Assembly: GCA_965237955.1 (NCBI GenBank)
Contig: OZ250169.1
Location: forward strand, 4,800,001-4,864,000
Direction: 5' to 3'
DNA length: 64,000 nt
Source: Candidatus Marinacidobacterales bacterium
GTDB lineage: Bacteria > Acidobacteriota > Vicinamibacteria > Marinacidobacterales > SMYC01
Made by a program: the position numbers and the translations under genes. How positions within the stretch are numbered: position 1 is the stretch's first letter; each line of letters opens with the position of its first letter. This document shows positions 27,533 through 37,359 of the stretch, one piece after another. Below the pieces are notes generated by a model. The model was not told where the DNA came from, made no database searches, and saw only the letters and a list, made by a program, of their open reading frames with translations.

Positions 27533-28633
27533 TTACGCACTGTGTTCATGCTCCCGGGCTCCGGTATGAGCCAAACCGGATCCGCTCAAAGCGGAAAATC
27601 CCGGGGGTTCGGGGGCAGAGCCCCCGTTCGCTATTTGACAACTGGATTCTCCGAGCCGTTTGAGGTTTTCTTCGCGGCGATGCTTGCGTGCGTTCTCGAG
27701 TTTGTCGAGACGTACCTGCTTGCGCTCTTCGTGACGGAGGAGAAACCGGTCTTCGGGCGTGAGGTATTCGATTCCTGCGTGGAGCCTCTTTGCGTTGTAA
27801 ATCTCTATCCATTCTCCGATGATGTCTTTCGCGTGAAGCTGATTGCGAAGCTCCTTGTCGGAGAGGCCCTCCTCGCGCAACGTGCGATGAAATCGCTCGA
27901 TTGCACCGTTGGACTGCGGATGATGAATGCGAATACGAATCTGCTTCAATGAGAAGTGCTTGATGAGTTTGCGGAAGTCCTTGCTGGTAAATTGGCTGCC
28001 GTTGTCGTTGACAATCTGGGGCCGTTCTCCAGGGTAGCGCTCCAGCGCTGCATGGACCACATCCGTCACTTCGGCGGCGGTCATGCGCGACAGCAGTTCC
28101 CAGTACACGATGTAGCGCGAGAAGCCGTCCAGCACTCCGATGAAGAAATACCACCGTCCCGCGATCCACAGGTACATCAAGTCCGTATGCCAGCGTTCGT
28201 GGGGGCGTTTCGGAAGTTCGGGCTTGCGGCCTACGGACGGTGTGGCATTCCACCTTGCGAGCAAATCGTTCCGGTCCAGAATGCGGTACACGCTGCTCGG
28301 GCTCAGGCAAACGACATCCTCGTCCACCATCATCCAGCACAGCCGCCGGTAGCCGTCCCGTGGGTGTGCTAAAGCATAGACCGTCACCGCCTCCTCCTCT
28401 TCGGCAAGCACCTGGTCCAAGTCTGGTGCCTTGGGCTTGATGTCCTCCAGCGCTCCCTCCTTGCGCCTCTTTTGCCAGCGGTAGTACAGCGAGCGAGAGA
28501 GCCCGAGCTTCGAGACAACCCATTCCAGCTTCACCCGGCTTCTCTCCATTGTCTGCTCGATACAATCCAAAATCCTCAACTTCTCGTGCGGCTCGAAACG
28601 ACACCGGTCGACTAGCTTCCAAGCGTTTTTTTT
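27533..28633 (-). CDS. IS3 OrfB (DDE integrase core), expressed by -1 frameshift
   Basis: WHTDLMY, DNGSQF, PQSNGAIERFHRTL; A8 slippery run at 28626-28633 with the -1 frame open into OrfB. Confidence 0.9.
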   Translation of the reverse strand, partial: KKNAWKLVDRCRFEPHEKLRILDCIEQTMERSRVKLEWVVSKLGLSRSLYYRWQKRRKEGALEDIKPKAPDLDQVLAEEEEAVTVYALAHPRDGYRRLCWMMVDEDVVCLSPSSVYRILDRNDLLARWNATPSVGRKPELPKRPHERWHTDLMYLWIAGRWYFFIGVLDGFSRYIVYWELLSRMTAAEVTDVVHAALERYPGERPQIVNDNGSQFTSKDFRKLIKHFSLKQIRIRIHHPQSNGAIERFHRTLREEGLSDKELRNQLHAKDIIGEWIEIYNAKRLHAGIEYLTPEDRFLLRHEERKQVRLDKLENARKHRREENLKRLGESSCQIANGGSAPEPPGFSALSGSGLAHTGAREHEHSA

Positions 28634-28905
28634 AGGTCCAGATTCTCCATGGTGATCTCTACCACCACCGATTTCATCCTCTCAAGCTCTTGACGCAGCT
28701 TCTCCTCGCGGCGAGACGCCTTCTCCTTCTTGCCATTCTGAAATGATTCCAGTGTCGCCTCCTCCGATTGTTTCAGCCACTGATAGTACTGCCCTGTATT
28801 CAATGTGTGGCGCCGACACACCTCGGACACCGTCGCACCACTCTCCTGGCACTCCTTGAGTATCTGCAGCTTCTCCTTCGCTGACCAACGTTTCCTGCCG
28901 TCCAT
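28612..28905 (-). CDS. IS3 OrfA (HTH transposase subunit)
   Basis: RKRWSAKEKLQIL, VSEVCRRH, YYQW, ENLDLKK. Confidence 0.9.
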   Translation of the reverse strand: MDGRKRWSAKEKLQILKECQESGATVSEVCRRHTLNTGQYYQWLKQSEEATLESFQNGKKEKASRREEKLRQELERMKSVVVEITMENLDLKKTLGS

Positions 28906-28997
28906 CTCTGCCTTCTCCCTTCGTTGAGTATAAGACAGAGGCGAAAACCGTCACTTACTACGACCCCCAAAAGTCTCATTTTGGCTGAACCAATACA

Positions 28998-30338
28998 CCG
29001 CTCTTGTTCGTGGTCTCGAGCGCTCTCATCGGTCGGCGGAGCCGATTCTATTGGGCGACGAGCGGACTTGCCGCGTCCGTGATCTTTGGCGTGTGGGTGC
29101 GTGTGTACTTTCTTCCGTCCGCGGGCTCGTGGGATACGGAGTATTGGAAGGCATGGATGGCGCGCGCCGTCTCGCACGGCACCACACACGTGTACGGCGA
29201 TCCCGACGCGGTAGGGGAGGGCGCGTTCTTCGACCAGCTTTGGGGACGATCGGCGCTCTGGCGTACCGCCTACCGGGGCCGTGAGTTCGTCGTGGACTAT
29301 CCGCCAGGTGCGATGGCGATGTGGCGAGGGTCGTGGTTTCTGGTCCGAGCCGTCGCTCCCGGGCTCGAGCTCGGCGAAGCCGAAAACGTAGCGGTCAAAC
29401 TCCCGCCGCTTCTCGGTGACATCGCTTCCGTCGCGCTCTTGTTGTGGATTTTTCGCCGCGAGCGTCGACGGGCGCTCACCCTCGCAGCGCTTTATTGGGC
29501 GACGCCGGTCTCGTGGCTTTCGAGCGGCGTTTTGGGGTTTCTCGACGGCGCGTACGCACCGCTTGCGGTCGGCGCGCTCGTGGCGGCCTCGGCTGGACGG
29601 GCGGGGTGGTCGGGAGTGCTCGTGGCACTGGCCGCACTCATCAAGCCCCAGGCTCTGATCGTGGCACCGGCGGCGGCAATCGTGCTCGCCGGTGTTAGTG
29701 TTGGTTTCGGGGCTCGGCGGGCAATTCTATCGGGCCTATCGGGACTGACTGTCGTCGGTGTCGCACTCATCCCCTTCATCGTCGCCGGTACGCTCGACGA
29801 AGCCGTGACCCATGTCTTCCGAATCCTGTTCCAACAACGGCTTTCGGCGGGCTACGCCAACCCGTGGTGGCTCGTCGGGTGGTTGCTCTCGGATGAGCCC
29901 TACGCGCCCAAGGACTTGGTTCCGTTTGCGGGCGTCCTCGCTGTCAGCGCATTCACGGTCGCCGCCTTTCTTATTTGTTCCCGCACCAAAGACGCGGTCA
30001 TGATGGGTGGCGGGCTCATTTTTGCGTACGCGATGCTTGCGCTCGGCGTTCATCACAACCACCCCCACGTGATGTTTCTCGCGTTCGCCGCCACCGGGAT
30101 TCGCAGCCGGCACTTCGCGTGGCTCGTCGGGATTCTCTCCGCGAGCTACGTGTTGAACATGCTGTGTCTGTCCGGCATCGGCCGGTTCTACGGTTCGCGC
30201 TACCTGGCGGTGGAGTCGATCGCGGCGAGCTCCGCTGGGCTTCGTACCGCTTTGGGCTTCGACTTGACACTGTTGTTGGCCGTCGTCAACATCGCGCTCT
30301 TCGCCATGTTCCTGGTCTACGTCCGACGACATGAGTGA
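28998..30338 (+). pseudogene. 3' part of the GT-C (GT87/PMT-like) membrane glycosyltransferase
   Basis: GSWDTEYW, VDYPP, KLPPLLGD, GFLDG, IKPQAL, many TM segments. Confidence 0.7.
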
Positions 30339-31860
30339 CGAGGAGCTCTTCGCGCAGCCGGCGCCCTCGTGGTGGGAACGTCTGTGGGAATCCGAGAACC
30401 GGCAGAGCTATTGGATTACGCGGTTCTTGATTCTGCGTCTTCTCGGGCTCGTCTACTTCGTCGGGTTCTTGACCATCGTGAACGACGGTCTTCCGTTGAT
30501 CGGGAGCGATGGGTTGACGCCGGCGGCGAGCTACGTCGAGCGTATCGAAAGTTCTCTGGCCTCCCGCACCGAGGGTTTTCTTCAGCTCCCGAGCATTTTC
30601 TGGCTCTCTGTGTCGGACGCCTTTCTCATGCGTGTCGCGTGGCTCGGGTTGCTCGTCTCGTTGCTCGTGACCCTCGGCTACGCGAATGCCGTGCTGCTCA
30701 CGTTCCTCTGGTGTCTCTACATGTCGTTCGTCCACATCGGGCAGGTGTGGTACGGGTTCGGATGGGAGTTGCAGCTTCTCGAAACGGGTTTTCTTGCCAT
30801 CTTTCTTTGTCCGCTCTTCGACGGCCGGCCGTTTCCCAAGCGTCCGCCCCCCGTCGTCGTGATCTGGCTCTACCGTTGGCTCATCGTCCGCATCATGTTG
30901 GGCGCGGGACTCATCAAATTGCGCGGAGACGAATGCTGGCGCGATCTCACGTGCCTCGTCTATCACTACGAGACCCAACCGGTGCCGAACCCGTTGAGCG
31001 CGCTCCTGCACTTCATGCCGGTGTGGTTCCACAAGATTGGCGTTCTCTTCAACTACGTGTGTGAGCTCATCGCTCCGTTTTTTGCCTTCGGCCCTCGTCG
31101 CGCCCGCCATGTCGCCGGCGTCTTGATGGTGAGTTTCCAACTCGCGTTGATCCTCAGTGGGAATCTCTCGTTTCTCAATTGGCTCACGATCATTCCGGCG
31201 CTCGCGTGCTTCGACGATTCGTTCTTCGCACGATTCGTTTCTCCCGGCTGGCGGGAGCGGCGGAGACAGGCTTCCCTCCACCGCGCCCAGCAGGTCGTCG
31301 CGTTCGGTCTTCTCGTCCTCGTCGCGCTTTCGAGCCTTGGTCCCGCGCTCAACCTCGTCTCGAGCCGTCAGGTCATGAATACGTCGTTCGACAGGCTTCA
31401 TCTCGTCAACACTTATGGAGCGTTTGGAAGCGTCGGCCGCGAACGGTTGGAGCTCGTCTTCGCCGGCTCCGACGACGGGACGACGTGGCGCGAGTACGAG
31501 TTCAAGTGCAAAGCGGGGAGCGTGGATCGGCGTCCATGCGTCATCACGCCGTATCACTATCGACTCGATTGGCTTTTGTGGTTCGCGGCGATGGGGCGTC
31601 CCCGGCAATATCCTTGGGTGGCGCACCTAGTGTGGAAGCTTCTCGAGAACGATCCAGCTACACTGAGCTTGATCGAGACGAACCCGTTTCCCAACACTCC
31701 GCCCCGGTCGATTCGAGTCGAGCTGTTTCGCTACGAGTTCGCTGAGCCCGCTGAGTCCGCATGGTGGAAGCGCGAGCGGGTGGCGAGCTGGCTGCCAGAA
31801 ACATCGCTCTCGGACGCTACACTAAGGGAGTTTCTCCGAGCTCGAGGATGGGCCCAATGA
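30331..31860 (+). CDS. Lipase maturation factor (LMF) family membrane protein
   Basis: FGWELQLLETGFL, GLIKLRGD..WRDLT, HYETQPVPNP, SGNLSFLNWLT, PYHYRLDWLLWFAAM. Confidence 0.88.
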   Translation: MSDEELFAQPAPSWWERLWESENRQSYWITRFLILRLLGLVYFVGFLTIVNDGLPLIGSDGLTPAASYVERIESSLASRTEGFLQLPSIFWLSVSDAFLMRVAWLGLLVSLLVTLGYANAVLLTFLWCLYMSFVHIGQVWYGFGWELQLLETGFLAIFLCPLFDGRPFPKRPPPVVVIWLYRWLIVRIMLGAGLIKLRGDECWRDLTCLVYHYETQPVPNPLSALLHFMPVWFHKIGVLFNYVCELIAPFFAFGPRRARHVAGVLMVSFQLALILSGNLSFLNWLTIIPALACFDDSFFARFVSPGWRERRRQASLHRAQQVVAFGLLVLVALSSLGPALNLVSSRQVMNTSFDRLHLVNTYGAFGSVGRERLELVFAGSDDGTTWREYEFKCKAGSVDRRPCVITPYHYRLDWLLWFAAMGRPRQYPWVAHLVWKLLENDPATLSLIETNPFPNTPPRSIRVELFRYEFAEPAESAWWKRERVASWLPETSLSDATLREFLRARGWAQ

Positions 31861-32591
31861 TCTGGATTTTGGCGATAGTTGCAGCGTTTCTGGTCGGATG
31901 TGGCGATGACGCATCCCCGACCTCGTCCGTCATTTCGACCACCGCCGTGACCGCGCCGAGCGGCGCGCTACTGCGCCTCGCCAATTTGAGCGCCGATCTC
32001 GCCGGTGCCGAGGTGCGGCTCGACGGTGCGATCATCCGCGATACCGTCGGCTACCCACAGGTCACCGGCTACCGCCGCGTCGACCCCGGCAACCACAGAA
32101 TCCGATTCATCCCGTCCGCGAAGACACCGATCGATGCGCGTACCGTCCAACTCGACATCGAGCTCACGGTCGCAACCGGCGAAGCAGTGACCCTGGTCGC
32201 GGCCGGCCTGGTCGACACCCGGACACTCTCGCTTGCCGTGTTCCGAGACGAGCTCGCCGCAAACGGTGACGGAACGCGCCTGCGCCTCCGCCTCATCAAT
32301 GCGATGTCCGATTTCCCCGCCTCGCTCGAGCTTTGGCTGCGCGCGGGATCGCCGTTGCTGAGAAACGTCCAGTATCTCGAGGACCGAGGCTACCGTGCCG
32401 TCACCCGTGGAAACTATCCTCTCGAGCTCCGGCGACAGGGGACTCGCGGCCCGCTCATACCGGTCGTACCGTACGGCCTCGCAGGAAACGCCACCTACAC
32501 GATGTTCGCCTACGGCACGCTCCGAAAAGGAGACCGGGACGCTCTCCTCGTATTGGACGGAAGCCAAGGCGGTCCCGCTCTCAGGCGTTGA
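31857..32591 (+). CDS. DUF4397-like lipoprotein
   Basis: LVGC lipobox; two repeats LRLANLSAD / LRLINAMSD with ATYTMFAYG. Confidence 0.65.
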   Translation: MIWILAIVAAFLVGCGDDASPTSSVISTTAVTAPSGALLRLANLSADLAGAEVRLDGAIIRDTVGYPQVTGYRRVDPGNHRIRFIPSAKTPIDARTVQLDIELTVATGEAVTLVAAGLVDTRTLSLAVFRDELAANGDGTRLRLRLINAMSDFPASLELWLRAGSPLLRNVQYLEDRGYRAVTRGNYPLELRRQGTRGPLIPVVPYGLAGNATYTMFAYGTLRKGDRDALLVLDGSQGGPALRR

Positions 32592-32639
32592 GCCCACACA
32601 CGTTTCACATGCTCAGGAGGTATCGTTAACGAAACCAGG

Positions 32640-32795
32640 CATGAAACCAGTCATGATACGTGCGACACTGGAGCGAGCGCGAGCTCACCGTACTCGTCGA
32701 TGCAGTACTTCCGGGCGAACGCACGCGGCGTGAGGTTCAGAAACCCGGCGAGACGCTCGAGGTCTTCTCTTTCGAGGAACACGCCGTATCCAATC
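32640..32795 (-). pseudogene. Remnant of a YkgJ-family Zn/Fe cysteine-cluster protein
   Basis: GYGVFLEREDLERLAGFLNLTPRAFARKYC joined out of frame to QCRTY; the N-terminal CxxCC and the middle are missing. Confidence 0.5.
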
Positions 32796-32829
32796 CAGGT
32801 CCCGATCCATCCTAGTGCTACGATACCCG

Positions 32830-33459
32830 ATGCCGAGAACGCCCCGCAGCCGGTTTTACGATGGTCGCTTCTACGCGCGCGTCGTCGACCCGTTCGTCTC
32901 GGGTTTGCATCGAATCGTCGCCGAGCTCGTCGAGCCCGGCTCCAAGGTGTTGGACGTCGGGTGCGGCACCGGCAACCTCGCGGTCCGTCTGGCGCCGGCG
33001 GCGGTCGAAGTCGTGGGAGTCGAGCTCTCACCCGCGATGGCGGAGTACGCGACCCGACGGCTGGGCGGTTCGACCACGAATGTGTCGATCATCGTGGGCG
33101 ATGTGACGGAGGTAGTGGCTGAAAAACCTGACCGCTACTTCGACGTAGCGACGATGGCGCTGGTACTCCACGAGATGCCGTCCGAAGCGCGCGAGCCCGT
33201 GCTCCGCGAGGTGACACGGGTTGCAAGGCGATTGCTCTGTCTCGACTACCGCGTCCCCATGCCAAAGAACCTGCAAGGTGTTCGCAATCGGGTCGCCGAA
33301 GCGCTCGCGGGCGGGGAGCACTATCGCGCGTTCCGAGACTTCACCCGCCGCGGTGGCACGAACGGCGTGGCCACGGCTGCAGGGCTCGGCTGCAAGAACA
33401 TCCGCTACCCTGACAAGGGCACTTTCGACATCTGCGAGATCACCGCCAAAGTCCACTAG
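32830..33459 (+). CDS. Class I SAM-dependent methyltransferase
   Basis: VLDVGCGTG, GVELSPAM, LVLHEMP. Confidence 0.8.
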   Translation: MPRTPRSRFYDGRFYARVVDPFVSGLHRIVAELVEPGSKVLDVGCGTGNLAVRLAPAAVEVVGVELSPAMAEYATRRLGGSTTNVSIIVGDVTEVVAEKPDRYFDVATMALVLHEMPSEAREPVLREVTRVARRLLCLDYRVPMPKNLQGVRNRVAEALAGGEHYRAFRDFTRRGGTNGVATAAGLGCKNIRYPDKGTFDICEITAKVH

Positions 33460-33583
33460 GGCTGGAAAAGACTGGGGGCGATCGTCGCATCGTGGCGCGA
33501 GGTGAAGCCGCGTGACCAGGCGTGATATCTTCCCGCACTGACAGTTGACACGCTTTGATAGCGAGCGGTAGCGAGGAGGAATT

Positions 33584-34780
33584 ATGAGAAACGCAATCGT
33601 TATGGCGGTACTCGTCCACGCATCCATGTCGGGGGCGACTGAGAAAAAGGCGGTCATGCTTCCGGGTGCCAATCCCGACCTCCCGTTCAGCTCGGCGGTT
33701 TGGACCGGGGACTTTCTCCGTACGTCGGGTTCGCTCGGTGGCGTGCCAGGCGAGGGCTACTCTCCAGACATCAAAGAGCAGACCCGCCAGACGTTCAAGA
33801 ATCTCACCCGCGTGCTCGAGGTCGCCGGGTCCGATTTGTCGCGTGTCGTCAGCGTGAGCGTGTATCTCACCGACGACCGCCACTACGAGGCCATGAACGA
33901 GGTCTTCCGAGAGACCTTTCCCGACCAGGCCAAGGCTCCGACGCGCGCCACGGTGCGCACCGACCTCGCCGCTCCCAACGGCTACATCGAGATTTCGATG
34001 GTAGCGGTGCGCGAAGGCGTCGAGCTCCGCCACATCACTCCCGAGGGCTGGCGGCCGGCGCGGCAGGGTTTCGCCTACGGCATCTTGGCGGGCGATACGC
34101 TGTTCGTGTCCGGGCTGGTGTCGAGCGACCCGAAACAAGGCGCGTTAATAGGCGGCGATATCGGCACGCAGGCGAGGAAGACGTTGGACAACCTCGGCGA
34201 AGTCCTCGAAGCCGCGGGCATGAGCTATGCGGACGTCGTGTCCAACAAGATCTACCTCCGTGACGGACGCGATTTCTCCGGAATGAACGAGGTCTACCGG
34301 TCGGTGTTCCCCGAGCCGCGGCCGGCGCGCGCCACGGTGAGGGCGGGCATCATGGCTCCCGCCGCCCGCATCGAGATGCAGTCGGTAGCGGTCAAAGACG
34401 CCTCGCGCAAGGTCGCCGGAAACGCGCAGCCCGGCGCCACGATTTCACCGTCCGTCGTCGCAAGCGGACGACAGTTTCTCGCCGGCATGACGGGTCGCGG
34501 CCCCGATGGCTACGCGCCCGGCGACGTGAAAGCACAGACGCGGCAGTGCATCGCCCGATTGCAAGCGACCCTCGAAGCCGCCGGCCTCACGTTAGACGAC
34601 GTCGTCGAGAGCACCGTGTATTTGACCGATATTCGTCACTTCTCGGACATGAACGAGGTCTACCGCGAGCTCGTGCCCAAGCCGCGCCCCTCGCGCACGA
34701 CCATCGGCACGGCGCTCATGTCCCCCGACGCGCTCGTCGAGATCATGTTCATCGCCGACGCCGCCGACGCGACGAAGTGA
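33584..34780 (+). CDS. Protein with three tandem RidA/YjgF domains and a signal-peptide-like N-terminus
   Basis: Three repeats, each with MNEV and P.R.T (PTRAT, PARAT, PSRTT) and IE; AGGAGG RBS. Confidence 0.85.
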   Translation: MRNAIVMAVLVHASMSGATEKKAVMLPGANPDLPFSSAVWTGDFLRTSGSLGGVPGEGYSPDIKEQTRQTFKNLTRVLEVAGSDLSRVVSVSVYLTDDRHYEAMNEVFRETFPDQAKAPTRATVRTDLAAPNGYIEISMVAVREGVELRHITPEGWRPARQGFAYGILAGDTLFVSGLVSSDPKQGALIGGDIGTQARKTLDNLGEVLEAAGMSYADVVSNKIYLRDGRDFSGMNEVYRSVFPEPRPARATVRAGIMAPAARIEMQSVAVKDASRKVAGNAQPGATISPSVVASGRQFLAGMTGRGPDGYAPGDVKAQTRQCIARLQATLEAAGLTLDDVVESTVYLTDIRHFSDMNEVYRELVPKPRPSRTTIGTALMSPDALVEIMFIADAADATK

Positions 34781-34794
34781 AGCGCGGTTGCTGT

Positions 34795-36114
34795 TCAGCC
34801 GTACAAGTAATCGTTCAGGATATTTTCGAGAGCCTCCTGGCGGCCGCTGACGCGCTCGGGCTCGTCGTTCGACGCGGCAAACGATTCGAGCTCCGGCAAC
34901 GACGTGTCGCGGCCGAGAATCTTTCTCCCCATCTCGGTATCGCGAAACTTCGCGTAGCGCTCGGCGAGCGGCTTCGACAGCGCGCCGTCTTCGATGATCT
35001 TGTTCGCGACGAGCAGGGCTCTAGCGAACGTGTCCATGCCGCCGATGTGCGCGTGAAATAGATCCACGGTGTCGAACGAGCCGCGCCGGAGTTTGGCGTC
35101 GAAGTTCAGTCCGCCGTCGCCCAAGCCGCCCTGTCCGAGAACCACGAGCATCGCCACCGTGGCGCTGGCGAGGTCGGTCGGGAACTGGTCGGTGTCCCAG
35201 CCGAGGTTGAGGTCGCCGCGATTGATGTCGAGGCTCCCGAGCCGGCCGGCAGTCGAGGCGACGAGCAGATCGTGCTCCCACGTGTGGGTCGCCAGCGTAG
35301 CGTGGTTCGACTCGATGTTCAGCTTGAAGCGATCGAAGAGATCGAACTCGCGCAAGAAGCTGATCGTCGTCGCGGCGTCGAAATCGTACTGGTGCGTCGT
35401 CGGCTCCATGGGCTTCGGCTCGATGAGGAGCGTGCCGGTGAAGCCCGCCTCCTTCGCGTAGTCCGAGGCGAGGTGCAGAAACGCCGCCATCTGCTCGCGC
35501 TCCTGTTTGAGGTCGGTGTTCAAAAGCGTCGTGTAGCCTTCGCGCCCGCCCCAGAAAACGTAACCTCTGCCGCCGAGTGCGACCGTCGCATCCATGGCTC
35601 GACGAACCTGGGCGGCGGCGTGAGCGAACACGAGCGGGTCGGGATTCGTCGCGGCGCCGTGGGTGTAGCGCGGATGGCTGAAGAGGTTAGCCGTCCCCCA
35701 CAGGAGTTTCACGCCGGTCTCGTCCTGGTGGCTCTTCGCCCGCTTGATCATCTGATCCAGGAAGTGGTTCGTTTCCTCGATCGAGCTCCCCTCGGGCGCG
35801 ATGTCGCGATCGTGGAAGCAGTAGTAGCCAACGCCGAGCTTCTGGAAGAACTCGAACGCGGCGGCCAACGTGGACTCCGCCGCAGCCACCGGATCGGACT
35901 CGGTGCCCCACGGGCGCACGAAGCTTCGGCCGCCGAAGACATCGGCGCCCATCCCGCGCATCGTGTGCCAGTAGCACACCGCGAACTCGAGGTGCTCCGA
36001 CATCGTCTTTCCCGCCACGGAGCGATCCTTGTCGTAGTGGCGAAACGCGAGAGGATTCTTCGAATCCGCTCCCTCGTATGCAATAGGGTCTTTGACCTCG
36101 GGGAAGTAAATCAT
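34795..36114 (-). CDS. xylA: Xylose isomerase (class II)
   Basis: FAVCYWHT, FHDRDIAPEG, WGGREGY, IEPKPMEP, GWDTDQFP, NFDAK. Confidence 0.95.
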   Translation of the reverse strand: MIYFPEVKDPIAYEGADSKNPLAFRHYDKDRSVAGKTMSEHLEFAVCYWHTMRGMGADVFGGRSFVRPWGTESDPVAAAESTLAAAFEFFQKLGVGYYCFHDRDIAPEGSSIEETNHFLDQMIKRAKSHQDETGVKLLWGTANLFSHPRYTHGAATNPDPLVFAHAAAQVRRAMDATVALGGRGYVFWGGREGYTTLLNTDLKQEREQMAAFLHLASDYAKEAGFTGTLLIEPKPMEPTTHQYDFDAATTISFLREFDLFDRFKLNIESNHATLATHTWEHDLLVASTAGRLGSLDINRGDLNLGWDTDQFPTDLASATVAMLVVLGQGGLGDGGLNFDAKLRRGSFDTVDLFHAHIGGMDTFARALLVANKIIEDGALSKPLAERYAKFRDTEMGRKILGRDTSLPELESFAASNDEPERVSGRQEALENILNDYLYG

Positions 36115-36206
36115 GGCGTGTTTCCTCTCAATGACGTTGGGCGGTCATCACCCGCGTCGGACTCAGCAGAAAAGGCGGCAGGTACGCCGGAATGTTGGAG
36201 AAGCAT

Positions 36207-36584
36207 TCACTCGCTTATGAGCGCGATCACCGCGCCCGCGGGATCACGAATGACACAGAACCTGTTCTTGCCCATTTTGCGGGGACCGTCGACGAGGTGT
36301 CCGCCGAGCTCGACCGCGCGACGAACGCTCGAGTCGACGTCCTCGACGTTCACGTAAAGAAGCCACTGCGCCGGCAAGTTGTCATTCGCGCCGCGAGCGT
36401 GGCAAATACCCGCCACCGCCGCACCGCCTTGCGGAGGCTCCATGTTGTAGTCGTCGTAGCCTCCCATGTCGACGGGCTCGTGTTTCCAGCCGACGACTTC
36501 TCCGTAGAAATCTCGAATGACGTCCGCGTTCTCGACGGTAAGATCTTTCCATACGATGGTGCCTGCGGGTTGATCGTCGCTCAT
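36207..36584 (-). CDS. VOC/glyoxalase family protein
   Basis: IVWKDLTV, FYGEVVGW, AGICHARG, IRDPAGA. Confidence 0.8.
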   Translation of the reverse strand: MSDDQPAGTIVWKDLTVENADVIRDFYGEVVGWKHEPVDMGGYDDYNMEPPQGGAAVAGICHARGANDNLPAQWLLYVNVEDVDSSVRRAVELGGHLVDGPRKMGKNRFCVIRDPAGAVIALISE

Positions 36585-36591
36585 GTCTACC

Positions 36592-37122
36592 TCACGATTT
36601 CGAGAATCTCGCCTTCGCCTGCCGGGCCAATCCGGGATAGAGCTTGTCCACCGTTGCTTCGTTCCAGGGCTCGCCCGCAGGCTCGGCGACTTCCTCAGTG
36701 GTCTCGAGCGGCTCGGGAAGGGGCACCTCCTCGCCGGTCTTTTGCTCGAGCGCGTACACTGGTAAATACAGCATTTCTTCGAACTCGGCCAACCACTCGG
36801 GGTCGTTGGGAACGAATGTCTCGAGGCCCGCGGGATCCTTTAAAGCCTGCTCGAACACGCGTTGGCCTCTGGAAATCAGCCACGCACGAAAGTACTGGAA
36901 GCCGTCGTCGGAGGCTCCGCCGTTAATAATGTAAGCCGCCGCCCACAGGTCCCACCGATACGCGCGCGCGAGAACGTCGTCGAGACGCTCGCGAAACCCC
37001 TCGATGGCATTCGGCGGCAGCTCCATGAGGCCGCGCTCGAGCACTTCGAGGAACCGCTCCTCGTCGTTTCCGGACTCTTCCCGGGCCTCGTCGACGAGCT
37101 CCCAGAAAGTCTCTTCTTGCAT
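36592..37122 (-). CDS. DUF4240 domain protein
   Basis: FWELVD, DLWAAAYIINGGASDDGFQYFRAWLISRG. Confidence 0.8.
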   Translation of the reverse strand: MQEETFWELVDEAREESGNDEERFLEVLERGLMELPPNAIEGFRERLDDVLARAYRWDLWAAAYIINGGASDDGFQYFRAWLISRGQRVFEQALKDPAGLETFVPNDPEWLAEFEEMLYLPVYALEQKTGEEVPLPEPLETTEEVAEPAGEPWNEATVDKLYPGLARQAKARFSKS

Positions 37123-37130
37123 AATCTGAA

Positions 37131-37260
37131 CTAGAGATTAAATACTCGCTTCGCGTTGTCCTCGTAGATCATCTTACGGTCGGCGTCGCTCAGGAAATCG
37201 ATGTCGTCGATCAGTGGTTTGATGTTGTCGAGCCATTCACCGCTTTCGGGATGCTTGGAG
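37131..37260 (-). pseudogene. C-terminal tail of an amidohydrolase-2 (LigJ-like) gene
   Basis: HPESGEWLDNIKPLIDDIDFLSDADRKMIYEDNAKRVFNL directly after an AAGGAGG RBS, with no start codon. Confidence 0.55.
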
Positions 37261-37359
37261 CTTCCTCCTTCTTTTTCAGGGGCGGGAGCATAGCGCGGCA
37301 TCGTTGCAAATGCTAATGGCGAGTCGGTCACATGCTGCCGGCAGGAGGGCGGCTTCAGA

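Larger units (their letters stand above)
27386..28997 (-). mobile_element. IS3-family insertion sequence, 1612 bp, 5-bp TSD CCGCT
   Basis: Imperfect 28-bp IRs tgttccgcttcagcggaaatgagacttt / tgtattggttcagccaaaatgagacttt; CCGCT at 27381-27385 and 28998-29002. Confidence 0.93.

Noticed and set aside
27546-28622. Second 358-aa same-strand ORF inside the IS3
   Set aside because: It is an alternative frame over OrfB with no domain features; the A8 frameshift leads into the DDE frame instead.
33460-33530. Possible additional gene remnant (GWKRLGAIVASWREVKPRDQA)
   Set aside because: Too short to assign to any family by eye.
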